Below, piece after piece: positions 36,546 through 50,121 of a stretch of 64,000 nucleotides of DNA (positions within the stretch are counted from its first letter, which is position 1; every line of letters begins with the position of its first letter). Origin of the DNA: Eledone cirrhosa. Its lineage: Eukaryota. The DNA lies in the NCBI GenBank assembly GCA_964016885.1, contig OZ024746.1, positions 72,726,001 to 72,790,000 of the forward strand, given 5' to 3'. The notes below the pieces were generated by a model, which saw only the letters and a list, made by a program, of their open reading frames with translations, did no database searches and was not told the origin of the DNA. The translations under genes were made by a program, and so were the position numbers.

Positions 36546-37330
36546 ATATAATATGCAGACAAATGAAAGAATAAAACATTTATTATAATCGAGATTTGTT
36601 AACAAATGGTATCAAAGATCCCTTGTGATTCTTTTAACTGAAACAGCAACAATATAATATCTTTCTCTCTACACTTCGAATGACAATATTTTGATTTTTT
36701 TTTAAATTTCAAACCGTAAACTACACACACACATCGTCATCATTATCATCGCTTTTACGTTCTCTTTTTCACACATCCATATATATATATATGTTTATTT
36801 TTAGAATAAGTACTCTATGTTGAAAAGGGCGACTAAAAGGAAAAGCGTTCGGCCGTAAAGCTCTATCTCAATTTGTCCTGTCCTATCGAAAGCAACATGG
36901 ACAGCGGTCGTAAAAACGGTAATACATATGTATGTGCGTGTGCATCGACTCTATATTATATAATCATACTCTAGTGAATCCATCCTGATTTATATATATA
37001 TATATAAAACGAAGGAAGTGTGGTAAGGAACCAGATCGACCATAACGCACCAGAGTACTCAATACTTAGGGTAGTAGAGTGGGTAATAGGAAAATTTCTG
37101 AGACCAGAAATAGCCGTCGGGGTCTTGAACATTTTCCCATATAGATACACACACACACACACACACATACTAATTTTATGTGCGTGTGTGTGTCTTTCTA
37201 TCACTTTTTACGGCCCCCGCTTCTTTCTCTCTATATTATACATTCGAGATAACATTTTACACGTTTTTATTGTATGTAAACTTCCCCCGTTGTATTTGTC
37301 CCCCTGTGGCTAATAAAGAAACATATATTA

Positions 37331-37812
37331 TACATTCGAATACTGCTTATAAAAATTCGATTTACTGCAATATAAGAAATGAAAAATAATGCATCGTTTT
37401 TCCTCCATTGTGTTGCTACTGAATTTAACTGTTAAGCTATTCTCCGTTATATCTGCATACTGTGTATAAATACAGATTGTTTTTCAGGTATTTGCGAAAC
37501 TAAGTAGGTTGCTAGTGCATTCTGATGATTCAGTGGTGTTAAAAGAGCTGAAACTAAAAGTGCTGTTGCTGAGAAGCATTCACTCTGCAAATCTATATCC
37601 AAAGTGCCGCATATATTCAAGCCCTCTTGACCATCACCGACAACGTATTAGTTTATAAACAGTGTTATTCCAAGGGGGATTCAATACATGTACAAACCTT
37701 CAAGTTGTTATTAATGACCTGTAAACGAGTAAAAACTGGAAATACAAGTGATGATAATATAAGTGTCAAGAAGAAAAGAAAAGTTATAGGACTGGAAGAA
37801 AAATTAATAATT
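37331..37812 (+). mobile_element. Tigger/pogo transposon 5' remnant
   Basis: MTCKRVK...KKKRKVIGLEEKLIII resembles a CENP-B/psq HTH N-terminus and is cut off by a SINE at about 37812. An acceptor TTTTTCAG lies upstream. Confidence 0.55.
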
Positions 37813-38694
37813 ATTTCTACTTTAGGCACAAGGCCAGCAAATACCCAGTACATTACTGGTACTTTATTTTATCGACGCCGTAAGGATGAAAGGCAAAGTT
37901 AACCTCGGCGGGATTTGAACTCAGATCGTAAAGGATAATAATTGTTTCTACTTTAGGCACAAGGCCAGCAATTACCCAGTACATTCATCTCCTCTCTTCC
38001 CCTTTATCTCTCTCTCTCTCTCTATATATATATATACACACACACATTATCTGTATCTTTCTTTTTCTCTATTAGTGTCCATCATCATTTCCTAGGCAGA
38101 GCTAGTGTTTTATCATGTCATCCTCAATATGCTACCACTACTGTGGCAGTAGATGTAACCAAAATCTGTCTGGTTATTGACAAGTACAACAGCAAAGGGA
38201 GTGGCTTCACTACAGTCTATAGGGGTGGGGACTTGGCTGGCCTAGCAACCAAAGCCCTATTGATATCAACCCTACTAAAACCACTCATTTTAAATTTGAA
38301 TAAAAATTTCATCATCAACACCATTCACTTCAGTCTCCTGCCTTCCATCACTCGTGAAAACGGCTTTGGTCAGTTGTGCAATGTCCAGTGTTCATCAGTA
38401 CCTTTGATTCCATAATATCTTTACACCTCTTTGCCAAACACCTAGCTAAGACTTTACTGAGGAGGGAGGTTTAACAAGGAGTTTTCTCTATAATTAGGGC
38501 AATCTCTCTTTTCCCTCTTTTTGAAATTTGGGATAAGGACTCCTATTTGCCATTACTATCTTAGTAATGAAATAATTAATGAATTTCGTAAATCTCTCTA
38601 AAATTTTCAGTGATTAATTAAAATATGGTGTATTTTGGGGGAAATACAGTCACAAAAGGATAGTCTGTAAAATGGTGAGAAATCACTTGATTAA

Positions 38695-38881
38695 CCCTTT
38701 AGCATTTACATTACTCTATATCTATTATTATATTTTCACAGTAAAGGCTTTACCTCACATAATATCGAATCTATGAGATTTTGATATTATTTATTTTGAG
38801 AACAATACTTTAACATAATTATTTGAACAGAAAGAGGTTTGAGAATTCTGGCCAGATACAGCCGGTTTAAATGCTAAAGAG
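38695..38881. mobile_element. piggyBac-type MITE
   Basis: TTAA-CCCTTTAGCATTTA ... TAAATGCTAAAGAG-TTAA. Confidence 0.85.
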
Positions 38882-40167
38882 TTAAACAGAAATGAGATGA
38901 TTATGGCTGAATAGTTGTGGGCCCTCAATCAGCTCAATCGTGGCAGACCTAAGCATAAAAATAAAATCATCACCATCATCATTTTTACGTCCATTTTTCC
39001 ATGCTGGCATAGGTCGGGCAGGACTTTTTGCGACAATATTTTACAGTCAGATAACCTTCCTGACACTGACCCTTTTAGTTACTTCTCATGACACACAGGG
39101 ATGCAGTATACCCATTCTAAACCGGTTTCACAAAATAAATTAAATAAAAAAAAATAAAAAAAAAGATTTTTTGTTTTTTGTTTTTATTAAAAAGTGATTA
39201 AAAAATAGACAAATAATAAAAACTTGTCCTGCTTGCCACGTTTTAGTTATTTTTCAATGTTGGTAGATGTAATGTAAACAAGGCGACTTTTGCTAGTTTC
39301 TGGAAATATCACAACGTGCATAAAGGTAAGAAACTATCCCAACATGCATGGACATCAAATAAACTCTTTTCCATGTATCTACTGGAATTTGACTTATTAG
39401 TAAAAGAAAATGTTTAGAATTAAATTGTTTGATAAAGATTAAAGAAAATTATAATAGATTTAAACTGATTGCTTTCATTTTATGACTGTTGAAGAAGCTG
39501 GCAGGAGTTGCTTTGTTTAAATTGTTATCTACCTACAATGAAGGGGCACTCACTTTCCTTTTACCTCTAAAAGGAAAATAAATTTGAACCTCATTCCTCA
39601 TTAGATATAAAGAGGTTTCTGCTGAGAAGTGGTGAGGTAGGATAACTAATTATTCAGATCCCGCCCCAAAAATGGCTGTCAGGTGGTTAACAGATTAATA
39701 GAAGTGTTTATGATAAAAATCCTTCACCAATGACTGTTCACCAATGACAGTTCAGGTAAATTATTTTCTGCTCTGCTTTGAAAATCCATTACCAATTCTA
39801 TCACTCTCTTTGGTTCAACTCCATGGTCTCAAATTTTCCTCGTTGTGCTCAGTTAATTGCTTACCTTACAGGAGTTTTTTAAACTGAGATTTCTAGAAGT
39901 AAAAAAAATAAACAATAAATAAAACACAAACAACAAAACTCAGTGTTTTAGTGTTTTAAATAATTCTGAAAATAATCAAGAGTTTAGAGGGATTTAGTAA
40001 CATAACTAACTTTAACCCATCCACTGCCATGTTTCTACACTGCCTACAATTTTCAAATAATTTTGAAAATAAATAATTTGGAGGCAGATATAAGTAGATT
40101 TTTAGATAATTATAAACACTTTACTGTCATAGCGACTGAATTAACCTAGATAATATGCAGTTTGAAT

Positions 40168-41190
40168 GATGCCCTCTTCCTTGTGAAGCAACTGCAGGAG
40201 AAGTACCTAGCTAAAAGTAAACCCCTCTACTTGGCATTTGTTGACTTGGAGAAAGCTTTTGACAGAGTCCCCCATTCCATTATCTAGTGGGCTCTTAGAA
40301 AACTAGGAGTAGATGATTGGCTTGTGAAGGCTGTACAAGCCATGTATAGAGGAACAGTCAGCAAGGTTAGAATTAATCTATATATCTAAAACAGAGAATG
40401 TCTGTCTGTCCAATCACTAAAACTCGAGAACCACCCAACTGGTTGTTTTCATACTTTACACATGTAATACTTATGGTCCTGTGAGTGTTTTGAGCAAAAA
40501 ATATTTCAAATTTTCAATGCCCTAGGGACCACATTAGGTGATTTAGTGATCTCTCTCTATAATTCTTAGTCTTTCTCTTTTTAGCTACATTGCGCCCTTA
40601 TAATATCTGTCTGTATGTTTGGCTGTCTGCATTACGACATCATGACACTGTGTGTGTGTGTATATGTATATATATAGTGTGTAACATTTTTCGAAATATT
40701 TACTTCTGCGTTCAAAGATTGATTTTTTAAATTTTAGTTTCAGATCCCGTTAAGGGTGAAAGCAATGATTCTTTGCTTAAACTTTAATCTGTTATTTTAA
40801 TATATATATATATAAAATTATATATTCGTGTACATATATTTTTGCATACACAATAACAAAATATAAACAAACATATTTATTCCACGAGGCTCGATAAGGA
40901 TAAATATATATCAAATATATAAGAACCCTAGAGCAAATCCTGCTAGTAACAACTATAGTGAAGAATTTAGCATGCAGGTAGGAGTCCATCAGGGTTCTGT
41001 TCTTAACCCTCTCCTGTTTATTATCGTCCTGCAGGCTGTAACAGAAGAGTTTAAGACTGGCTGCCCATAGGAACTTCTGTATGCAGATTATCTAATGGCA
41101 GAACTAGAGAAGAAATTTCAAATTTGGAAGCAAGACCTAGAGTCAAAAGGTCTTTAAGTGAACTTGACAAAGACCAAAGTCCTAGTATGA
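40168..41190 (+). mobile_element. RTE LINE RT fragment split by a Helitron
   Basis: DALFLVKQLQEKYL..DLEKAFDRVP..VSKVRI | NNNYSEEFSMQVGVHQGSVL. Confidence 0.9.
40377..40946 (+). mobile_element. Non-autonomous Helitron (570 bp)
   Basis: Starts TC(TATATATC), ends CTAG, inserted between A and T with no TSD. Removal restores the LINE frame GTT AGA ATT AAT AAC AAC TAT (VRINNNY). (CTGT)n lies near the 5' end. Confidence 0.88.
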
Positions 41191-42167
41191 AGGCAGGAGG
41201 CTGAATTAAGTGCAAGAATTGCAAGAGCTGGTGCAATAATGTGTCAACTTCAGCATTCAGTAATCAAAAGGGAAGTAAGCGTAAAAGCTGAACTTGCTAT
41301 CTTTAATTTAGTATTTGTGCTAACCCTTACCTATCATGAATTTTGGGTAATGACTGAATGAATACAAGCAGTCAAAATGGGGTTCCTTTGAAAGGAATTT
41401 GGAGTAACTGTACTTGATAGAGTTCGTAGCTCGGAGATCAGAGACTCACTCCAGGTAGAGATGCTACTTCTCTGAATTGAGAGATTACAACTCCGATACT
41501 ATGGGATGTGGTTAGAATGTCTCAGGAAAGAATCGCTGGATAGATTTTATGGGCAAAACCAACCGGCAGGAGTAGACCCCCAAGCAAAATGGTTGGATAA
41601 CATTCATGAGCACAGTTGGTCTTGAGTGGGGATCCAACCGGATCAGTTGGAGACAGTTGTGTCTGACAGGACCTGCTGGAAGGAGTGTTTGAGGACTCTG
41701 CCCCGATGACCCTCTCAGGAATAAATGGGCAAAGAAGATGGCAATTTCAAACAGTTTAGTCTCAATAGGGTTAGTGCCATTTCCCCAACCAAAGCAGGGA
41801 GTTACTTGCAAGCTCTAAGGCAAGCATCTCCATTTTGCCCTATCATCTGCATCCTAGCTCACCAACCTTCCTCCATATTTAGTCATGTTTTTTATTGGTT
41901 TTCTCCTTACTCTACTTCCTTCGACATTCTCTTCTATAATTCCTCTCACCCAGTCACTTTCAACCTTCCTCAACACAACCCAGCCATCTCACTCCATTTC
42001 TCCTCTCAGCATCCATCACTGGCTCTATTTCCATTACTCCTCTCATCCAATCACTTTCATCCTTGCTCAACACATGACCCAGCCACCACATTGCATTTCT
42101 CTTCTTAACATTCATTACAAGGAAAAAAAAATGCAAATTTACCAAATGAAAGTTAAAACACCAAACT

Positions 42168-42203
42168 TTATTCTTCTGTTTCTTCATCTTCATCTGGAAC
42201 ACA
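42168..42203 (-). CDS. RAD1: RAD1 checkpoint clamp subunit, last coding exon
   Basis: ctag|TGT GTT CCA GAT GAA... gives CVPDEDEETEE*, matching the RAD1 C-terminal C.PDE. Phase 0 fits the previous exon. Confidence 0.85.
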   Translation of the reverse strand, partial: CVPDEDEETEE

Positions 42204-42469
42204 CTAGATTCCATAATTGATGGAGAGGGAAATAGAAAGATATTTACTAAATAATTAATAGTCAATAGGTGCAATATAATTGGGTGAAGGTGCATGGCTT
42301 AGTGGTTACAGATAGTTAAATAGTGAGATAGAATTTAGTGAAGGCTTAGAGGTTAGAGTGTTTGGATCAGGATTATAATGTCACTACTATGACTTCCACC
42401 AACAGATTATGTCCTTGAGCATAACACTTTATTTCATGCTGCTCGAGCTTGCTTGTTTGGAAAAAGATC

Positions 42470-43520
42470 TCGGTCCAATCTTAGAAAGGTGTAAGGTCGG
42501 AATTTATCAAATCGTCCCAGGTTTTTCTGGGTCTACCTACTCCATAACTTCCATCAATTTTGATTGCCCTGCACTTTTTTATACAGCTGTCATCTTTCAT
42601 GCGCATCACGTGACCATACCAACGTAGTCTTCTCTCAAGTAAACAGTATCTGATCCCTCTTATTCTTAATTTCTCACTTAGTTCATTTATGTTTTGCCGT
42701 TCGCGTATATTACTATTACACATCCAACAGCATGCATGCTTCGTTCCTCTCCAGTCTGCGCAGGTCCTCTGCACACAATGCCCATGTCTCACTGCCATGT
42801 AACATTGCTGTTCGTATGCAGGCATCATACAATCTACCTTTCATTTTTAGAGAGAAACCTTTAGTGGCCAATAGTCGTATAAGCTCTCTGAACATTTTTC
42901 ATCCCGTTCTGACTCTAGCTACTGTACTTTCAGAGCACCCTCCACCACTGCTGATTTTGTCACCCAGGTAACGGAAGGTGTCCACTATTTCTATAGAACC
43001 ATCTGGGCAATAGAAGGAGCTAGTATCCTGTGGGCACTTGCTACTTATTGCACCTGAGCATCGGCCACATATAAAATCTACGTTCTTAGATAGCTTACCT
43101 GTGATCCCACTACATCATTTATGTACCCATAGTTTGCATTTGGGACATAAAATGGAATTTCTGCCTACTCCTTTCCTACACACTGAGCATGGCCATTTCC
43201 CAGAGGGCACCTGTGCCCTATTTTCCTTTCTACATACTAGAACTTTAGTCTTAGACAGGTTAACTTTAAGGCTTTTTGATTCTAGGCCATTCTTCCATGT
43301 TTGGAATTTCTTCTCTTGTTCAGCCATTGATTCAGCTATGAGAGTTAGATCATCTGCGTATAGAAGTTCCCATGGGCAGCCAGTCTTGAACTCCTCTGTT
43401 ATAGCCCGAAGGGCAATAATAAATAGGAGGGGGCTAAGGACAGAGCCTTGATGAACACCAACTTTTACGCTAAATTCTTCACTATATTTATTGTTAATTC
43501 TAACTTTGCTGACTCTTTCT
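42470..43520 (-). mobile_element. RTE LINE fragment, abutted by a plus-strand RTE 3' end at 43555-43733
   Basis: VGVHQGSVLSPLLF, LYADDL, WPCSVCRKGVGRNSILC, RLRWYGHVMRM. Confidence 0.92.
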
Positions 43521-43929
43521 TGGAATTGGAAAACATTTATTTTAATGATAGAAAGAAGTACAGTAGAAGAAGACCAAGAAAGATTTGGGCTGAGGTGGTG
43601 AGAGCTAATATCAAATTGCTGAAATTCACAGAGATGGCGAAGGAACGAGACAAGTGGAGAGATACTGTGCTGAAAAATACCCATCTAACCTATGAAGCAT
43701 GGAAAAGCAGACGTAAAATCGATGATGATGATAATGCTCTTACTACTAACTATCTCTGTGCATTTGCCATATATAAAGTTTATCTTTTCTGTTATCCCAC
43801 TACACCCCTTGTATATCCAAGATTTACATTGTGTACATCATATAGAGTTACTACCTACTCCTTTTCTACATATGAAGTAGGGCCACTTTGCTGATGTGAT
43901 CAAGGTCCTGTCTCCTTTCCTGTTTACCA

Positions 43930-44830
43930 ACTTTATTTTTTTTCAAGTTTACTGTAAGCCCTTTTAACTCTAAGTTCTGTTTCTAAAGCTAGAATTTCTT
44001 TACTAGCTCTTCCACTGATTTGTTATAACCAGGTTGTCAGCATACAAAGGTTCCCATGGGCAGCCTGTCTTAATCTCCTCTGCTAAAGTCTGGAGAACTA
44101 TAATAAACAGAAATGGGCTGAGGATCGAACCCTGATGAGCACCTACCTGCACATTGAATCCCTCACTAAACTCATTACCTACTTTCACTTTACTAACAGC
44201 TCATCTGCCCATGGCTTGCACTGCTCTTACAAGCCATTCTTCTACACCTAGTTCACTTAAAGACCACCAGATGATAGAACATGGTCAAAGGCCTTCTCCA
44301 AATCAACAAAAGCCAGATACAGTGGTTTATACTTAGCTACAAACTTCTTTTGTAATTGTCTCACTAAAAGGAGGGCATTAGTAGTGTTTTTCCCTGGCAT
44401 ACAACCAAACTGCAACTCATCCAATTTGACTATTTCCTTAATTAGTTGTGCTAAAATTCTTTTTCACTTTCATTAGTTTTATGCCCTTGTAATTGCTCCT
44501 TTCTAGTGCATCCCCTTTTTCCTTGTAGCAATTGATGAGTATACTATACCAGTCATTGGGTGTATCCCCATTTTGTACTATCTGGTTGATTATGTTCAAC
44601 TCCTACACCCCAGAAATTTTAAGTATCTCAGTACTATTTCTGATGGACTAGCAGCCTTATCATTTTTCATCTCCTTGATAGCTTCCTTGACCCTATAACT
44701 GTCAATTACAATAGCTGGTCTCTCAGTTTGGTCAGCTGGGAGTAGTTTCTTTTCCTCCACATTCATCAATATCATTTCCAGCCACTTTCTTTTGGGTGTC
44801 AGAGTCATCTTGCACACTGTGGAACACCTC
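43930..44830 (-). mobile_element. Old RTE LINE RT fragment
   Basis: GAHQGSILSPFLF, LYADNL, AIKEMKNDKAASP. Confidence 0.8.
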
Positions 44831-45165
44831 ATACCCCTGATCTTTGCTGCCTCCATTTTTTCGAGACTTTCAGAATTTGGTACTTTCTTTTATTTAGCAA
44901 TGGAGAGTATTGAGGAATTTCCCTTTTCCCTTTTTTTTTAATAAATTATATTTAAAGAAAGGATGGAGATAATGGAAAAGAAAAAGAAAAAAAAGAAACG
45001 CGATTATCTCCCTTTCTAAACAAGCGAAAACACCAACCCCAATCGTTAAACAAAGGCATGGGAACTATTTTTTTTCATCATCCACTATTCCATTATTTTA
45101 AATTCAATTTCTGGAGTTTAGGAAAGAAAATGTATGATTATATGTCCCCTAGCATGAAAAATTAG

Positions 45166-45582
45166 CCCTTTCGTTATCATATTTCTAATGAAAGACACTG
45201 CCAATGATTTCAAAATCTTCTTCGCTCACTTATTCCTGAGAGAGTTGTGGGGGCAGAGTCCTCAAACACTCTTTCCAGCGGGTCCTGTCAGAAGCAACCG
45301 TCTCCAACTGATCTGGTTGGATCTCCAAGCGTGACCTACCAAGCTCATGGACGTTATCGAACCATCTTGCTCAGGGTCTACCTCTGGGTTTGAAAATAAT
45401 CAAGAATTTGGAGGGATTTAGTAATATAACTAACTTTCTCAGTATTAAATTGGTATTTGAAGTACAACTTAACAAAGATTCTTACATAAAAATTATGATG
45501 AAAGTTTTAGATAAACAAATATTTTAAAACAAACAGCTTATACCATTGAACAAGGGTTAGTTTCAGGTTGTTATCAAAAGGG
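45166..45582. mobile_element. piggyBac-type MITE with nested LINE fragment
   Basis: TTAG-CCCTTTCGTTATCA ... GTTATCAAAAGGG-TTAA. Related internal sequence at about 2080-2330, 3985-4290 and 39950-40150. Confidence 0.65.
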
Positions 45583-45808
45583 TTAAACAGAAATAAGTGA
45601 AGTGAAATTGTTATGATCTGGGAGATGAGTGGAAGCAAACTCAATTTATAGGAAGCTTATATTTTTGCTGTAGTGGTTATATAATAATGATGTTGGTGGT
45701 GATGATAATGGTAATGAAGGTGCTGGTGGTGATGATAGTGAAGATGGTGGTAAGGAATATACCATTTCCACCAAGAAGGAAGAGGAAATCAATAATGGAA
45801 AAACTCAC

Positions 45809-45953
45809 GTAAAACTCCACAAAGCAGACTTGTCCCTCATCATTTTGGATCATGAACTGGAGAGAAAGGAAACCCCGTTTGTCAACCCTGATTGAGACAC
45901 GTGATGAAATTGCCAGTGCCTTCACTGAGGGCTTTAACAGGGAGATTTTATAT
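45809..45953 (-). CDS. RAD1: RAD1 exon
   Basis: ttcag|A TAT AAA...TTT TAC|gtgagt gives (R)YKISLLKPSVKALAISSRVSIRVDKRGFLSLQFMIQNDEGQVCFVEFY. Confidence 0.95.
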
Positions 45954-47624
45954 CTGAAGGAAGACAGAGTTTGGTCATTCAGTGTCTACAATTGAAAAAT
46001 ATTTTTTTACTATTGCTATAACTGATTACGATGTTTGGACAGCATATACACTACAAAACATTTTAAAACTCTCTCTCTCTCTAACTGATTTCAGTCTTTG
46101 GACTGTCAACACACTGGGGCACCACATTCAAAAGTTTTTACTTAATTATATCTCCATTGCCAAAGTACTTAGTACATGGTAAACAAGTACATAAGGATAT
46201 GTAGTTACTGCATCAAATGACATATCGTATTTTTTAGTTTTGATAAATGGTCCAGTAGTTTGATTAATGGAACAGCCTTAATGAAAATTAACATGTAAGT
46301 AACTGAGCATTCCACAGACACGTGTACTCTTAATGAGATTTGGCATGACAGTTTTTGACAAGGCTGTCCTTTTGATTTATAAGCACTGTCCATCCAATGG
46401 TCTTCCAAACAGTTTCCATCATTTAATATAAGTTTGCATGGGTTAGATGGGTTGTCATGTACGAGACAAGTCAGGTCAGGTGACAATGTCTTGATCACAT
46501 GGATCTGTATTTTGGCATGGTTTCTATAGCTGGATGCCTTTCCTAACACCAACTATGTTACTGCGTGGACTGAGTGCCTTTTATTGTGGCACCAAAACAA
46601 CCACTTTACAGGATGGACTGAGCGTATTTTGTCGTGTCACCAGCACGACCACCTCACCTTACAGGATGGACTGACACTCTTTATTTTCTCACCGGCAAAA
46701 CCATTCATTCATAAGATGTGGGTCAATCTAAAGCCATGGTAAATGACACACACACAAGATTCATTGCAGTGGAATCAAACCCAGAACTTTTATAATTGCA
46801 AAGTAAACATCTCAATCATTTGACCTTGCTGCATTCATCCCATGTCATCATCATCATCACCATCGTTTAATGCAACTTTACAGCATGTATTGAGTGCATT
46901 TATTGTGTTTATAACCAACACTAGGGAGGCTGTATATGTGTGTGTGGGTATGCATGCATGCTCTTGTGTTTATATATACTCTGATATACAAACTGGTGTT
47001 GTTTATGTTGCATCCCAGTAGTTTGACAAACAGAGATTGATAATATAAGTTCTGAGGTTGACTAAACAGTTGAAGGTAGTGCCCCAGCATGACTGTTTCC
47101 CAATGACTAAGACCAATAAAAGAATATATACATACACAGACATGTTATTTTCATTCCATGAGGTCTTACCATAATTTCTAAAGCGTTCTTGAAATAACAT
47201 ATCCACATTCTATGGGGCCACATCTGATGCTGTCAATTGCCTCACTAGTCATTATCATCATGTTTGTTGTTTAACGTTCGTTTTCCCTGTTAGCGAAGGT
47301 TGGACTAGTCACCTTAGTTATTTAAAAAAACACACCTTTAAGACTCTTATATAGATGTTGCTAAGTACATCAATGTTTTGGAGGAACGTCAAAGATTAGA
47401 GTTCTCTCCCTTGCAGCGGGACATGGCTTCAAGTGTAATAAAAAGTTAGTTTGACAGCTTTAAAACAGTTTTTAAAAAATATTTTCCAACCACATGTTCG
47501 AAAATCCATTGTTTAAAACCGTATAAGATACAGAGCCCACTTAACACATGGGTACAAAATCAAATATATCTGTATATATATAAACACAAACAAACACATA
47601 TAAACATGTATGTAATGTATGTAT

Positions 47625-48010
47625 AAATATGAAGATATGGTTCTACTTTCCATACTAATTTATTGAATCAAAAGTGTTTTGTACATTTTAACAGTGTCAG
47701 ATGACTGTTACATAAGAATAACTTGAATTGGACCTGTCTTCATCAGGCGTGTCTGACTGAAATTATTCTTACATAACAATTGCCTGGCACCTCTAAAATG
47801 TACATAATAGTTGTATTCAATAAACTGAAATATGGAAAAGTAGAACCATGTCTTCATGTCTATTAACATACCAATACTCCATCGCGTAATAGTCTACATG
47901 ATCCCAGATAAATACAACTGATGTGGAGTGTTTAAGGCTGATTACACTATAGTTTGTTGATTGCTATAATAAAATGTAAAAGTAACAATCACTTAAAATT
48001 AAGACAACGA
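47625..48010 (+). mobile_element. Degenerate Penelope-like fold-back element (family J)
   Basis: Imperfect inverted repeat about 47626-47722/47760-47862, CTGATGA on the minus strand near the centre, tail with ACTCCA...TGGAGT, TA-rich flanks. Confidence 0.6.
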
Positions 48011-48639
48011 TATGTATATATATGATGGCTGCAAACTCTGCTAAGAGTATTGCAACCACTTGTCAGATTATAGAGTTTGGTGCACTTTTAGGCTACGGCC
48101 AGCCACACGAACTTGTAACAGATCCTGAACAAGCAATGCCTGTGCTTTGAAGGTTTTTTAAGTGGGGAAAGGTCTTGCACTTGACCAATCCCACTCTCTG
48201 AGAATCGAAAACACTACCCGAAAAGGAGAACTGGTCAACATCATCGGATTTTTTTTTTCAGTTTCCCTCTCCTAGAAAGGTGTTGTAACAACAACTGGGG
48301 GCCTTTTACTCCCAGGTGGAAAAAAAAACAAAAAACAAAAAAACTACTATTTGGATGGCCGTTGACTCTGCTGAATTCCTCCGCCTTTGCCGGGTCTTGT
48401 ATTTCATCCCGCAGGGTGTCCAAATATCACCCTCCTCACCAAGCAAGCTTGGTGGGGTTGCCGGTCTAGTCGCCGACGACCCAACCATGTGACAGGTTGT
48501 ACTGAGTTACATGTTACCAGTAGCACTCGAAAGCGACCTGACATATATATATATATATATATGCATACACACATATATACGCAAGCATGGAAAATAGACA
48601 TTAAACAGTGATAAGATGATATATATATATATATATATA

Positions 48640-49440
48640 CATCATTAGCATTTAACACTCACTTTTCCATGCTTGCATGTATTAGAAGGGTCTTTTCTAT
48701 CATAGCTTCCCTTCACCTACTGCATTCCTTTGCCATCTCTTCCCTCAGTCTTAGCATTTTGAGATCCACTCCTATTTCTGCCTAGGTCATCCTTGGCCTT
48801 CCTCTATTGCAGCTTTCTTTAGCTGGGAACTCCTGGGAACTCATTCAACAATCATCATTTATATGAATCACATGTCCACACCAGTGCAGTCTTGTCTCTG
48901 ACACACTACATTTGATTTCGTATACCCAGCTTTTATCTCAACCCATCCACGCATATTAACACCACATCAGATATACATCATACCATGATTACATCATTTC
49001 TCATTATGCTCTGCATATCTTCTGTACTTACTGCTCGTTTCACTTTCATAGAACACTGCATTTCATATGTAGACATCATGCAGCTGAGAATCCTTTTGTT
49101 GTTAGCAGAAGCAGTTGTTCTCTCAAGTTTTTCCAGCTTGACCTTATTTTAGCTACTAAACTTTCAGAGCAACCTCCTTCACTGTTAATTCAGTCATCTA
49201 GGCAATAGAAGCTATCAATTACTTCCATTGAGTTTTTCCAGGATTGGAGAAAGTTTATTATGTTGGGGCTCTTACTACTGACTACTCCTGTGCATCTCCT
49301 ACATATAAATTCTACTCTTTCTGATAGTCTACCTGCTATCACAATAGACATTTTGTGTACCCATGTTTTACATTGCAAATATTGCACAAAATTCCTGTAT
49401 ACACCCATAGAAAGTCTGTTCCGACAGACAAAACAAACAC
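48640..49440 (-). mobile_element. Old RTE LINE fragment
   Basis: CKTWVHK, FICRRCTG, MEVIDSFYCLDD. Confidence 0.75.
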
Positions 49441-49504
49441 AAACATACATATACAGACATGCAAGCAGGGAAAATGGAGGGTAAATGATGATGATGATAT
49501 ATAT

Positions 49505-50121
49505 TTATAGAAATTATATAGAAATACAACCCCCATAATAATCTTGATTGCCCGCTTAAAGTGCTTGTATTACATATAACACCCTGCCGCACTATAATCT
49601 TATATAAACTAGACACATGTGCATGCCCCATGTGTAACTATTGCATACACTAACTACTTCAAACTATCCTCTTGCTTTATCTTCGTAAACTGCCAATGTT
49701 GTATTTTAACTTTAATTTTGTTCTTTGATATGACTTTAACCTTTGAATGTAAATTGCCATGCTAAATATTATAATGGATGTCAACCCACTGTGCATCAAT
49801 ATATACATATGTTTCTGTATGTCTCTTGTGTTGAAAAGGAGGTCATGTATGTAAATAACCATTGAAAAATTGCTCCGAAGACTCCAAACCTCGGTTTGGA
49901 AGAAACAATTGTAAGCGAATAAATGGTTTAAACAGAACTTTGATTCATGTAATTTCTATATAACTGCTCTGTAGAACAACTGATGTTATTACATTGAGCT
50001 ATTTATCTTACCGGTAATAAGGTAGTAATATATTACTGTCTTTCACTATTTAGGTTTAAAATATATATAACTATAAAAGGTTTTAGTATATAAATAACCA
50101 TAAATAGTATCCTTAATACTA
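49505..50121 (+). mobile_element. Penelope-like pLTR, family F copy 2, with hammerhead at about 49868-49920
   Basis: Stem I ATTGCT/AGC(G)AAT, core CCGAAGA (U4C variant), stem II TCCAAACC/GGTTTGGA, GAAAC-AATT-GTA, tail GCTC...GAGC hairpin, (TA)n flanks. Confidence 0.75.

Noticed and set aside
37520-37565. Hammerhead CTGATGA...GAAA
   Set aside because: The only good pairing (TTCAG/CTGAA) overlaps the GAAA core, and stems I and III do not form.
42470-43733. Twin-priming inverted LINE
   Set aside because: The two pieces belong to different subfamilies and both contain the RPRK-W region, so they are independent insertions.
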